From positions 1 through 64,000 of the forward strand of contig NIVC01001500.1 in NCBI GenBank assembly GCA_002269645.1: 64,000 nt of DNA, in the 5' to 3' direction. This document shows, in pieces, positions 37,244 through 50,432 of the stretch. The stretch's first letter is position 1. Every line of letters begins with the position of its first letter. Made by a program: the position numbers and the translations under genes. The DNA comes from Macrostomum lignano (lineage: Eukaryota). Under the pieces are notes generated by a model that was given only the letters and a program-made list of their open reading frames with translations, made no database searches and had not been told where the DNA came from.

Positions 37244-38697
37244 ATGTCTGCACAGGCAGTGTCTAAAAGTCAGGCCCAAAAGCGGCATAGCCGCAAGGGT
37301 GGTCAAAAAGAAGGCGAAGATCCCAAAATATCAAAGGCAGTTCTTCGTCGAGTCGCTCATCATTTGTAAGCACAGCTATTTTTGATTCGATTTTTACTGT
37401 TCAGTCTTGTCTAAAAAACTATTCTAAATAATAATAAGTATACATGCCAATTTTAGAATTCATTTAAAAAGTTATAATCGAAATAAAATTTAATCGAGCA
37501 ATAAACAATTTTATTTTTAGAGAGAATCATTTTAACTACGAAATTCAGGAGAACAGCTTTGTTACGCGATCCGGTTCTCAACGGGAATCATTAGTAAGTT
37601 AAATTCTACAAATTTGAACGTTAGCTACAAGTTAACAAGTACACTCATATGATTTTCATGGTTTACAGATGTAAACCATATGAGTATTGTCTTGGATCCC
37701 TGTCCAAGACAAGTAAAACTTTTTTAACAAATATTTAATTTATAATTATATATTTATGTTCGTAAAGACACTTTTGCACTCGTTCTCTTCTAATTTCGAT
37801 TCGATAGGTTCTCTACAACTTTCCAGTGTCCAAACAATACCAGAGAAAAGAGCCCAGTGACGCTGTGTGAGTGTCTAATATCATATTTATTGTTTACATT
37901 TTTTCTAAATAAATACCGCTCCAAAACAAAATCATCCTTATACATGTTCTATTCTTTCTGCAGGCCCCAGCTGGTAAAGCCAAAGGTTAAGAGATCCGTA
38001 AAAAAGTCCATCTCAAACCCGTACGTTCGCTGCCTAGTGAGAACAACGAACGAAGTTGTGGTGAGTTCAGTTATGAGCCTATAAGAGCATTACATTGTAC
38101 TATTTACTAACAAGTTTCTCAATAAATTATTGATTAATTGATTGAAGTGTGAACTCTTGTCTCTGTAAATACATTTTAGGATAACTGAAGCTAGTAAGAA
38201 TTTAAATTCAAAAGCAAACAAAGTTACATGCTGTACTTTTGTCATTTATTATTATCTAAGTATATTCATGCCCCGCAAAGCACTGCACTGTGTTTTATCC
38301 TGACAGGGAAACGCAATCAATAATCTACACATAAAATTAATCAGTTTACAATTTATTATTTTGATGTAGTTGTTGTTATTATGTCCATCTATAGATTCGC
38401 ATTGTTTACACTGCGCATGCCAAACCTACATTCCTATATACTTTATTCCTGTATCCCGGCCGTCGCTCTACTAGAACCGACGATAAACGTAATATCGTGT
38501 AATGCGTAATCGATGTAATCGGCGCAGGCGATTATGGATTTATAGACTGAATTGTTTCTTAAAAAATAGGTTCTACTTTAGTTTAATCTAAAAATCTATT
38601 CATTCTTGCACTGCCGATCTCTGTATTTCTCCAGATCCCACCCCAGGTTCTCTTTAGGCTAATCCCAGTAAGATAAGCAAAGTAGAAAAAATCTATC

Positions 38698-38733
<36 letters not shown>

Positions 38734-38825
38734 TCATATTGAGTTAGCAACCGGTTTCAAGCCTCTGGGCTCTCTTCGTCAGGACAAAATGCATTGCCTT
38801 CCATTCACTCATTCATTCATTCATC

Positions 38826-38870
<45 letters not shown>

Positions 38871-41800
38871 TCTTCCTCCAATCTCTTTCATACTTGTCGA
38901 TCCATTTTTCACATCCAAGCTGCAACAGGCAGCTTTTTTAATTGTGCACTCTTGTTGCTATGCAGGAAAAATTGTAAATAAAGCGAAGCTATACGACGTA
39001 TTTTAAGTTTTATTTGGCAGTAGCAATAGGTTGTATTGTAGAAAAACCTAGTGGAATTTATTAAATCTATAGACAGGTAGGTGAATGGAGTCTATAATAG
39101 AAAGGTGATTGAGATCTATGAGAATGCTGTTGCCATCTATTGACAAGGTATGTGGAATTTATATACAGGTAGGTTGTATTTTTGGACAGGTTAGCATGGA
39201 AAAGTGGCATGGAATCTATCAATGAGTTGGTGGAATCTGTAAATGGGGGTGGTGGAATCTATATAGATGAGTAGATTAAGGTGAATTAAATTTATAGACA
39301 GGTAGGTGGATCTATAGACAGGTAGGTGGGTAGATTATAGACAGGTAGGCGAATCTATAGACATGTAGGTCGATCTATAGACAGGTAGGTGGATCTATAG
39401 ACAGGTAGGTTGATCTATAGACAGGTAGGTGGATCTATAGACAGGTTAGGTGGATCTACGAGCTATAGACTCGCGGGTGGAATCTATAGCCAAGTTGATA
39501 GGATCTATAGACAGGTAGAAGGATCTGTAGACAGGTAGGTGGATCTATAGACAGGTAGGTTGATCTATAGACAGGTAGGTTGATCTATAGACAGTTTAGA
39601 TGGATCTATAGACTCGCGGGTGGAATCTATAGCTAAGTTGATAGGATCTATAGACAGGTAGAAGGATCTGTAGACAGGTAGGTGGATCTATAGACAGTTG
39701 GTGGATCCATAGATAGGTAGGTGGATCTTTAGACAGGTAGGTGGATCTGTAGACAGGTAGGTTGATCTATGGACTCGCAGGTGGAATCTATAGCTAAGTT
39801 GATAGAATCTATAAAGGGGTGGTTTAGAATCGCTTGGTGGTGAATTCGAATCATAAAATAAACCAGTTTAATCAACAAGAAAACCTGTTACATGCATTGG
39901 CTAAAACTGTCTCAACTATTGTAGGCTATTGATTCGTATTAATTACTTAATTACTTAATTTATTGCCCCATCAATAAACATTTTCTACCCCCATTACAGT
40001 CACACTGGGGCTTAAATTAACTATTAAAATCCACAGGCAAAATATCCCGTGAAGAAGCTGGAGAAGCTTCACATCAGACCATTGGATGCTGAAAGCTCGA
40101 AAGTCGCTCAGGAAGAAGGCCGTGTCGACCACGACGACGACGATTACGACGAAGACGAACAAGAGGCGGCAAAAAGTCGTCGTCAATGGCGACAAAGCGG
40201 CGCAGGAGCCGAACAGCATCAGCGGTGCCGATCGAGCTCGCAGCAGTCACCTCGGCGGCTGCAGAATTATCGGCTGCACGTGGCGTGCATGCTTGAAGAG
40301 CAGAACTACGTTGATTTCTACCATAGACAGGGTGAGCGAAACTGCCTACTTTAAGTAGACTAATGAAGTAGAATGCTGTTTGCTTCCCGGTTTAGGCACT
40401 TAAGATTACCTTAAGTCTCGAGCCTTTTCAGTGGGAAGTTCTCTTAACTCTCAGTAGCGTAGGTAGTGCTGCCACCAGTTCCTTCAGGTCTCGGCCCTCG
40501 ATGAGGTGAGCTTCCCGTCGGAACGAAATAACGAAGTCAACGAACACAGCACGACGTGCAGATTTGCAGCTCAACGTAAAAGACGTCTCGTCAGCAGCAC
40601 CTGCCAGGCTTGGTTGGTGGATGCAAAGTGCAAGGGGCCGCATGACTCAGTATCTATTTTTAGAAACATGAGTCATCCTTTGCAAGGGCCCCGAGGCAAG
40701 TGATTCTCCCATAGACAGGACCAGCGAGTGCAGTACTCGTAAGTACATGTTTACTGCACTTTAGGACTCCAAGAACGCAAGATCTGTCATGTGACTTGCT
40801 CACATGACAGAGGAAACCGGGACGGGAATGAAACAGAAACAGCCCACAGCAGAGAGGCTGAAAACAGAGGCACAAAAAACGAGCAGGGCAGGAAAAGGGG
40901 CAACAACAGACAGACAAGGGAGACGGGAAGCTGACCAGCGGCAGACAGCAACCCAGGGCGAGGACGCGGGCGAGGGAAACTGCTGACAAAGGGGGACGCC
41001 TAACACTAAATTAGCGGCTCACTACACTAATCTTATTATTTATAAGCTCGAAATTTCACGTCGTCTATTAGTCGAAAACTCTTGCTAGGCACTTCCGCTA
41101 GCTCCAACTTGAACTAATTCGTGAAATTAACAAGCGAAACTTTTCATATTAATCGTAAACAAACATCAGTGGTCTAATGATTGTTATGCATCTTGCTTTT
41201 CAGGACGGTCTTTGCAGCAACAGAAAACGCGGAATCCTCCTGTAAGATTTTTTAAATCAAATTCTGAGCAATATGAAAGCAATTTATTGCAATCCATCTC
41301 TAAACCTACTGCATATCAATAATCCTTTGCTATACTTGCAGCCGAAACTGTCCAAGAAAGAAGTGGAGCGACGCGAGGCGATGGTAGCGGCCAAAAAGTT
41401 GATGTGAGTTCATGCTTTTTAATTGTAAGTTCTGAGGTCATTACAAGTATAGCAACCTAAATGTTCCGTGACTAAGCCGAATAAAAATACATCATCCGCC
41501 CAGTGACGAACCAAAGCAGCCCAGCGCTGGATGTCCCGCCGGAAAAAGTCCAAGCACCCATAGCAGCGCCTCTCGCTCTTCTGCTGATAAGAAACAGCCA
41601 CAGCTGCAAGAAGACCAGCCGTCTAGCGAGAAGCAATTCAACGACGGTTCATCTTCAAAGTCGTCCCACAGCACTAAAAAATCTGAGAACAGCAAATCCA
41701 CATCAGGTCGAAGCTCTTCAGAGCCGGAGGTTGCGGTCCATATTCGAGTATTGGGCGGTGGGAAGCCAGAAAACGAGGATCGGCTCAGTAAAAGCAGCGG

Positions 41801-42716
41801 CAACAGCGTTGAGCAGGAGCCGGACAACAGATCCACCTCCGATAGGGATCGCAGCGTCAGTCCGGAGGTGGTACAAGCATCTAGGCGCTCAAGAACGCCG
41901 TCACCGCCACTTTCGCCGCAGCAGAAGCAGCAGAGCTCTCGCGAATCCTCCGTTGGCAAGGAAGAGCGTAGTAAAAGCAGAAGCAGAAGCAGCAGTGAGA
42001 GCAGTAGCAAGGTCCACAGCGACAACAGCACCAGCAGAATCCACAGCAGCGACAGCAGCAGTAGCGTAGCGTCCAAATCCCTGTCCACGAATTCCTCGAG
42101 CAGCGATCTGGTAGAGCAATCGAAAAAGTCAGCAGAGCCACCAGCTGCAGAGCAAAGTCCGCGTCAACAAGATGCAAGTCCGAATCAGTCAGCAGCGCTA
42201 CCAGCTGCAGAGCAAAGTCCTCGTCAACAAGATGCAAGTCCGAATCAGTCAGCAGCGCCACCAGCTGCAGAGCAAAGTCCGCGTCAACCGGAGGCTGAGA
42301 TCGAAGCTCCTCCAGCAACTCAGCAACTTGACAGCTCAACGGAACCTGGATCGAATCCGGTAAAAACGTCCGACGAGTTCGACGCAGAAGCGGAGAAGCT
42401 GCAGGATTCAAGTCAGCAAGCTGATGAGCCATTGGTTTCAGCTGATGACCCCATGAGCGGCGCAGCGCAGTCCATGCCGACTGTTTCCGAATCGCCACAG
42501 AAGTCGTCAGTCGAGCCTCAAATAAAAGTTAAATCTCGGAAGAATAAGTACGGTTCCGACGATTCGTCGTCCGTTGTATCGCTTGACGCCTCCAGCTCGT
42601 CCGCGCCTCTATCTGACGACGGCAGCAGCACCATCGACGGAGACGACAATATCAGCAGCAGCAGCGGCGAAATCTATGCTCGGAGACGAGTCCGGCGACA
42701 ATTGAAAAATAATTGA
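37244..42716 (+). CDS. Multi-exon gene for an uncharacterised Ser/Gln/Lys-rich, probably disordered protein
   Basis: Phase-consistent GT-AG exons 37964-38060, 40037-40331, 41204-41241, 41342-41403, 41504-42716 (TGA). Candidate first exon 37244-37365. Small exons between 37521 and 37866 are ambiguous. No recognisable domain. Confidence 0.65.
38699..38870. repeat. (AG)n at ~38699-38733 and complementary (CT)n at ~38828-38868
   Basis: Directly visible, in opposite orientation about 100 bp apart. Confidence 0.85.
39290..39815. repeat. 20-bp minisatellite (GATCTATAGACAGGTAGGTG)n, intronic
   Basis: Directly visible. Confidence 0.88.
40364..41026 (-). mobile_element. Solo LTR (663 bp, internally deleted) in an intron of the orphan gene
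   Basis: TG...CA ends (TGAAGT...ACTACA), 4-bp TSD CTAA (40360-40363, 41027-41030), extensive similarity to 44441-45534. Orientation is inferred from the longer copy. Confidence 0.82.
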
Positions 42717-44440
42717 AAACGAATTGAAACTCTGCTCGTTTTTTAGTTCAAACCATTGATTCTAAAAATACTACTATAGAGAGTAAAACAGTTACATTTT
42801 TATTTACATGTACATAATATTAATTGGACGAAAATTCAGGTGAAAAAATTCTGTCAAAGTCAAGAAAGAACTCATGATACTACGAAGCTCATGCAGTTTT
42901 TAATGGCTTAAAATATGTATAGTAAGTTTCAAGCATAGCTACTGTTTGTTATTAGTATGCTATAGTACACTTAATGCATTGATATAAATCGATGATTCAG
43001 TAATTTTCTTATAGGTTTCCTTTTTGGTGATTTTTGCAGACTGAATCTTAACGATCTTTAATTAATTTATAGCTTAAAATATAATTTGACAGGCAAAAAA
43101 TTGAACAAACAAACAATCATTTCCTGTATGGTGGGACAAATCAACTTATTATTTTATCTAGTTTGGGTTGGCTTAGAGCACCTGGATTTGTTTATGTTTG
43201 TTTACAGCAGTTTTCTTACAGATTAACACTGTAATTAAGTTATTAACATTGAGATTTGTGGCAAAATTATTAAATTTGCTTATTTTTCACACTTGTGATT
43301 TGATCCTATACATGTGCATGCACAATGAATTTCATGGTATTTGGTGTCAGTTAATACTTAGATGCAAACCCTTCGGATATTCTCGGATTTATTTTAGTGT
43401 TTATTTTCTTCATAACAATGTGATTATTTCTGTCGTATTTATAATTTGTTTTAATGAACTCGCGTTAACTGTTTAATAGTCACTATATTTAAATCATCGT
43501 AAAATCTCAAATATATTTATTAAATTATATTTGTATTTATCGATTTTATTTATCGATTTTTAAAATTCAATTTCAACAAAGTGCAACTTCTTATTGGTGT
43601 TTGTAGTATAACGATTGTTTTTAAATAACAGAACAGAGTATGTTCCATATACCTGTACATGTATGTATAACGTAACATGGCTTTGTGTTACATTGAATGC
43701 ATACATAGCTTCACATTAAATTGCTTTTCAAGGTCAGGGTAATTCGTAGCCATCAAAGAGACATTTATCAATTATCGATCCACCAAACTATTGTACAGAA
43801 AATACAAAAAAAATGAAACACTACGTGTTGCTCAATGCATGTGTAGTTTAGTACATTTATAGGTCTATAGGCCACAAAGTTAAACGGAGTGCCTAGCAGT
43901 GAGGGGTGCTCGCGCACTGTACTCTGCACCACCGGCTTACCTCTCCTCTTTTATGTGATGGGTTTCGACCTTTCGGCCCCCTTGTGGGAAAGCCTTCAGT
44001 CCTCAGGTCTCAGAAATAAATCAATTAGAGTCCTGGCCCCCCACTCCTGTCAGATGGTCAGCCCCATGGTAGCTTGATCGTGTGGCGAGCAGTCTAGGTC
44101 CTATAGCTAAGAGAGGGACAGCGAGAGGCAAGCAGGGAGAATTTTGAAGGTAGAAATTAGCTAATCCGCAGACTAAGCTAACTCGCTGCCACCAGCCCGT
44201 GCGTCCTGGCTCACCACACCGGGACTCTCGAAATCGGGCTTCCGACTAGAAGGGGCTTTGCACTTACCTGCTAACTAGTGTCTTTTTGCTGTCTATTTCG
44301 AAGTCATAGCCAATGATAAGGGACACTGCTGGGACTAGATCGCATTGGACATGCAGGTACAGAGGGGACTTGTGCAGGGGATTCTTGCAGTGGCGAGTCT
44401 ATGGGGTAGCTACATGTACTATTACATTGCTAAATACGAG

Positions 44441-45534
44441 TGATGTACTTAGGGTTGTCTCTAGGTGGCCTGGTAGGTCTTTGAATCCCACCGCTGCCAC
44501 CAGTGAAGTACCTGTGCTTCTCCTGCTGTCTAGCACGGTGATTTGGGGCTCTCCGTCCTTTCAACCGGAAGCCTTCTATTAGCTCTTAGTAGCGTAGGTA
44601 GTGCTGCCACCAGTTCCTTCAGGTCTCGGCCTTCGGTGAGGTGAGCTTCCCGTCGGAACGAAATAAACAAGTCAACGAACTCAGCACAGCGTGCAGATTT
44701 GCAGATTAATGAACAAGGCGTCCTGATCAGCAGATCCCCGCCGGGCTCAGGGGTGGCTGGGAAGGCAGTGTTAGCCTCCCTTAGGCTTGGGCGTCTAAGT
44801 TTTAGTCAGGCCAATTGGTGATAGCTTAAATGGGCAACTGAACAAAGTCCGGAAAACTAGACAAGAAGAAGAAGATTCCGAAGACGAATAGTCAGAATCT
44901 CAGGAACTCGGCTACAAATACTGATGACTGAAAACTCAATGACGGAAACAAGGGGGAGAGGGGTCCTATTTATAGCCGGGAAACACCCGCGCACAAGACC
45001 TCGTGACTTGTTCTATTTTTAGAACTGACGTCACTTGAGGGTCTCGAAGCAGGGTTTTAGTGCGCGCAAGACCTCGTGACTCGTTCTATTTTTAGAACTG
45101 ACGTCACTTGAGGTCTCCGGCCAGAGTACACGCGGCTGTGACTCAGTTGCTATTTTTAGCAACATGAGTCACTCCTCTCCTTAGAGAAGGGAGGGGTCCG
45201 AAAGAACGTGACTCTCCCGGTAAACAGGACCAGCAAGTGCAGTAAACATGTTTACTGCACTTTAAGATTCCAAGAAAGCAAGGCCTTTCATGTGACTGGC
45301 TCACATGACAGGGAAACAGAGACTCACGAAGCAAGGACAGCCCACAGCAGAGAAGCTGAGGGCTGAGAAACGAAGGGCAACACGGGCAGAAGGGAGGGAA
45401 GGGAGCAGCAACAGACAGCCAAAAGAGGGAGGCGGGAAGCTGACCAGCGGCAGACAGCAACCCAGGGCGAGGGCGAGGGCAAGGGCAACTGCTGACAAAG
45501 TGGGACGCCTAACACCAACTAGCGGATCACTACA
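44441..45534 (-). mobile_element. Solo LTR (1094 bp), same family as 40364-41026
   Basis: TG...CA ends (TGATGT...ACTACA), 4-bp TSD CGAG (44437-44440, 45535-45538), minus-strand TATA-like CTATAAATAG at 44966-44975. Confidence 0.85.
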
Positions 45535-46673
45535 CGAGGAATTGTACTTTTGGCCTTCAACGCGCCAACTAGCCTCTTCTAGCGCTGATGATAGACTAAC
45601 TCGAACTTCAGAGACCTCGCATGATTCATTACCCGAGCCGCTTGGCTAACCTAGAGTGCACAAAGTACATCTCTGGCGCCGATTCTGCACTATTGACAAT
45701 TTTGCTCACTGATTTGATAGATTGATCGATTGAGAACTGCCTTGCCATAGGTCCACTGTGACCGGCGCCTACTAGCTTAGCTACTTATCTGAGCCATCGG
45801 CGAACAAAGAAATAAAACCGATAAAAATAACTGTCAGATTTAACCTTCTCCTCAAATCACTTCACACTTCAGATTGAATTGGAGTTTCGGACAACTAACA
45901 GTATTATTGAAAGATTTCTGCTTCGATAACAGCACCGCTGAACAAAATGAGCAAAAGTGTGCGCCTAATCCAGCTACTGAAATAGGGGACAGATAGGGGA
46001 TCACCCAATCAAGCAAGTCTAGGTAGCCTCTCACTCAACCAATCAGAAACTCAACAGCCGGAGACCAGGTAATCCACAGCGACCGAATCGGCTTAGTGCT
46101 TCGCAGCTGTAGACCCGGGATGATGCTGATGTCACAACCTTCGCAGGTAGCTAGCAGGTGATGCTCTCGACTTTGATGTTCACTTCTGATGACCGGGGGA
46201 ATTCGTCCTTGATGATGATGGGGGGAAGTCGCAATCCGGGGATCAAGAAACGACGGTCAATTCCTGGCCGGTGCAGCCGTGTCAGCCCGATGCAAGAAAA
46301 GTTGCAGTCCGAGCGGGCCAAAAACACCGGTTTAAATAGCCGCCAACTGGACCGCAGTTTGTTATAATGGAACACATCGATTCTGATTGGCTGAGCCGAT
46401 TCGTTAAAATGAGCGTCGAATTTTCTGATTGGCTAAGCTTGTTGCTACCCAGAATCACGTGACTGGGAGATCCTATCAGCTCCCTCGGGGTCGTAAAAAC
46501 ATGACAGGTGCGGCCATAAATCAATAAATCAATAAAAATCAAAGGATAAAAATGCCCATTGCCCACTGTTAGTAGGCTAGTAAGTTTAGTGCCCAAGTGC
46601 TAGCGCGTGATTTCGAAAAAAGTGCGTCCTCATCATATGCCTTTTATACCAACGTGGCCGCACATGATTGGCG

Positions 46674-48790
46674 GAGGAGGTGAGGGACGTGATGGCCGGG
46701 TCTGTGTACTTCTCAGAGCTCGACGTCGCCAAAGTCTTCAATCAAATTGAAGTCGCCGAAGAGTCCAGGGACCTGCTGATGTTCTCCACGCCCATCGGTA
46801 CATGTCCGCCTCGGAGATCCTGCAGCGGGTGACGACCTCCGTCCTGAACGGCCTCCCGGGCGTAAAGTGGATGTATGACGACATCCTGGTGTACACGAAG
46901 GACATCAAGGAGCACAATCAGCGTCTTCGAGACTGTCTGGCTCGGCCAAAGGAGAACAAAATCACACTGAACGCCAAGAAGTGTTGGTTCGCCCTGCGGG
47001 AGGGCAACTTCCTTGCCATGCGACTCACGGCCGCCGGCATCCACCCGAGCAAGGAGAAGGTGGAGGCCATCCGCAACTTCAAGCGGCCGACCAACACGAC
47101 CGAGGTCCGCTCCTTCCTGGGTCTCGTCACCTTCGTGGCCCGCTTCATCAGCAACCTGTCCGATAAGGCCCACCAGCCGTTGCGGGAGGTGACGAAGCGA
47201 GCCATCGAGTGGACAAGGGGCGAGCAGCAGGAAGCCGCCTTCAACGACATCAAGCGCACGATCTCCAGCAGCCAGGCGCTGACATTCTTCAACAGCGAAC
47301 TGCAGACCCAGCTGATCGTAGACGCCAGTCCGACCGGCGTCGGCGCCATCCTAGCCCAGGTGCAGCCGGACGGATCGACACGGCCGGTGGTCTACGCCAG
47401 CCGCAGACTGAGCCCGACGGAGCAGCGCAACTCCCAGACGGAACGGAGCGTGAGGCCCTGGCGGTGAAGTACGGCGGCCTGAAATTCTATCTCTACCTCA
47501 GCGACAGTTCAAGGTCATCACAGACCACAAGCCGCTGTTCTCGCTGTTCAGCCCGGGATCTCGGCCACCGCCACGGATCGAGCGAATGGGACTGCGGCTG
47601 CAAGACCTCGTGTTCCAGATGGTGTACCAGCCCGGCGCCAACAACCCGTTCGACGTTTTGAGCCGCCAGCCGCTGTCGATGCCGCCCAACAACGTTGGTG
47701 AACAGAAGATCTCACGATCATGAACAGAAGCCAATCTACGTGGCCACGGCAGTCCAAGCGGCAACGCCGATGTCCATCATCCTGGTGACCATCAAAGCGA
47801 CCTCCGACCAAGATGCTACAATCCAAGCTACGCTTCACGGCATCCGCTGTCATCGCTGGGACAAGAGCAACCCGAACCTGAAGGGGCTGCACGGCGTCGC
47901 TCACGAGTTGTCCGAGCTCGACGGCCTGCTGCTGCGTCTGGGCCAGATCTTCATGCCTACAGCACTGCGCTACCGGTGCCTGCAGCTGGCGCACCAAGGC
48001 CACCAGGGCATCAGAAAGACGCTGGATCGCCTGCAAGCTAAGGTCTGCTGTTGGCCCAGCATCGGTAGAGGCGCACGTGGCGGCTTGCCTAAGCTGCCAG
48101 ATTTGCACCCGGGAGACCACGCCGAAGGCGACGCCGCTCAAGCCGACCGAACTACCGGCGGCGCCCTGGCTGGAGCTCGGCATGGACTTTCTCGGGCCCG
48201 TCAACGGCAAGTCGCTGTTTGTCTGCACGGGCCACTTCTCGCGCTTCCCACTGGTCCACGTGCTGCGGAATTGGTTCAGCATCTTTGGGCAGCCGATGAA
48301 AGTGACGACCGACAACGGCCCGCCCTTCGCGTCGGCCGAGTTCAGCAGCTTCCTGGCGGACCAAGGCGCCAGGCACCACCGGATCACTCCGCTGTACCCA
48401 CAGGCCAACGGCGCTACGGAAAGGTGCAACCAGGGGCTCAACAAGGCCATCCGTGCGGCCGTGGCCGAAGGCAGGGACTGGACGGCAGCGATCGACGAGT
48501 ACCTGGCTGCGTACAGACGCATTCCGCACAGCGCTACTGGGATCGCGCCCGCCAGCCTCCTGTTCGGGCGGCAGATCATCGACACGATCCCCAACCTCCA
48601 GCACTCGCAGCCGGTGGACGTGACGAGAGCAGCCACTAAGGGCAAGGATCAGCAGCCCAAGAAGAAGATGAAGCGCTACGCCGACCAAGGGGCCAAGGCA
48701 GCAGACCACGACATTCGGCCAGGAGACCGCGTCCTGCGACGGCTGCAGTCCAGACAAAAGGCCGACGCCTTCTACGAGTCAACGCTGTGG
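46674..48790 (+). mobile_element. Degenerate Ty3/Gypsy pol (RT-RNase H-integrase) with several frameshifts and deletions
   Basis: RT: FSELDVAKVFNQIEV, WMYDDILV. RNase H: LIVDASPTGVGAILAQ, PVVYASRRL. Integrase: AHQGHQG, CQIC, WLELGMDFLGP, TTDNGPPF, TPLYPQANGATER. The RT-RH-INT order is Gypsy-type. Confidence 0.93.
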
Positions 48791-50284
48791 GTCGTGTCCG
48801 AAGTGTTCGGCGAATTCCACGAGTTCCACGAATGTCCCTATCATGCTGCAGCCCTGCATTATTGTTTAATTTGTTTGAACACCTAAATCTTTCCTAAATT
48901 TGCTATTTCGCCTAAGTTCCTAATTCCTAACCCTACGTTTTAGCCTTCACGGCTTGTATTTTTGAGTCCTCACGGCTTTCACAAAATTTGAGGCGGACAG
49001 TTGAACTTATTATTAGTTGGGGCACGGTAAAACAAATAATGATAGTGTTTATAAGAAAAGAAATTTAAACAAAAATAAGAAACCTTGATAACAAAAATAA
49101 ATTGCTGATTGGCAAGCGTAATATGTTCAATTACTATTAATACGAGTAAGAAGATACGATATTATTCGTGCCCACTATAATATTATTTACAGTAGGACTA
49201 AGCGATTTTTCCGATCGTCGAACCAAGAGGGGGGAATTCCCCCTGACAATTTTTTTGCTGCGCCGGAACGGAGCAACGCAGACTCACGAAATTCAAGAAC
49301 ACGGGCTAGCTTTTTGTTGCGCACCTTCTCAAACAAGAATCAAGTCGCCAGCCCACCGAACCGTCGAGATATTCGATTATTCTGCCAGAAGGTCGCTTTT
49401 TTTCATTAGCGTTAGTGTATCCAGTACAACCCTGAGCGCCAATCAGCACTGCGCCTCAGTGAGTCTTGCCAAGCCTCCAAACTTCATCAGCACGTCGAAC
49501 ACATGTATCTGCATCAGCTCTGACTTTGTTGGTCACTGGCCTTCACCCAGGCGGAGCTTCTAGACCTTCAACAGGTGGCACCATGCAGTTGACCATGAAC
49601 ACCCTGATGCGAATTTCTCTAGTTTCGCTGATCAAGCCTCGACTGTCGGACATCCTCAACTAGTCTCTCAAGCATTCAGTCATCACCTCGACGCCGTCGG
49701 CACTTTAAAATCGGCATTTAATAAAACAAACAACGAACAAAGTACACTCGAGCTTTTATTGCTCTCGTAATGCTCTCGTGATGCACCAATCGAAGCATCA
49801 GCACAGTTGCATTTTATTGACTAAGCCAGCTGATTTATGTATTCAATCAACCAATACGTTAATGTATTTTACGGAGCTAGCCCAGGTTCTCGAAAAATTA
49901 ACAAAACTTTAATCTGACCCGCTCTGACGGGCAGCACGACAAGCAGCTCAGTGTGAGAACGAGCAGGTGGGCCGAAAACAGCTAAACGGCTTAAAATCAA
50001 CGATCGAGAAAGCCATGAGTCTGCTGCAGCATATTTTAAGAATTGATGTGGGGCTAATAGGCTCTATACTGCTAAGTTGTAGCGATAAAATAATCAATAG
50101 CATGCTAAGTATGCTGCTGCTGCAAATTCTACTTGAGTTGCCTAAAAACCGTGAGATCGCTCCAGTGATTGACGCATGCAGCGGGGTTTCAGGAGCGAAT
50201 GTGCAGCTAAGCTTTTACATTGGACTGAATGACCGTAGGGGCGTCTATGTTTGAGAGGTGCCAGCTCAGTCAGTCAGTAAGTAA

Positions 50285-50323
50285 ACTAGTTGGTTGGTTA
50301 GTAAATTAGTTAGTTAGTTAGTC

Positions 50324-50366
<43 letters not shown>

Positions 50367-50379
50367 AAGTAAGTAAGTA

Positions 50380-50421
<42 letters not shown>

Positions 50422-50432
50422 CTAGCTAGCTA
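50285..50432. repeat. (GTTA)n microsatellite
   Basis: Directly visible. It is the reverse complement of the (CTAA)n type at 19959. Confidence 0.92.

Noticed and set aside
40364-45534. One full-length LTR retrotransposon spanning both LTRs
   Set aside because: Each LTR has its own different TSD, they differ in length and sequence, and host exons rather than gag/pol lie between them.
47498-48757. Long minus-strand ORFs (365 aa, 201 aa)
   Set aside because: Antisense shadows of the GC-rich Gypsy pol.
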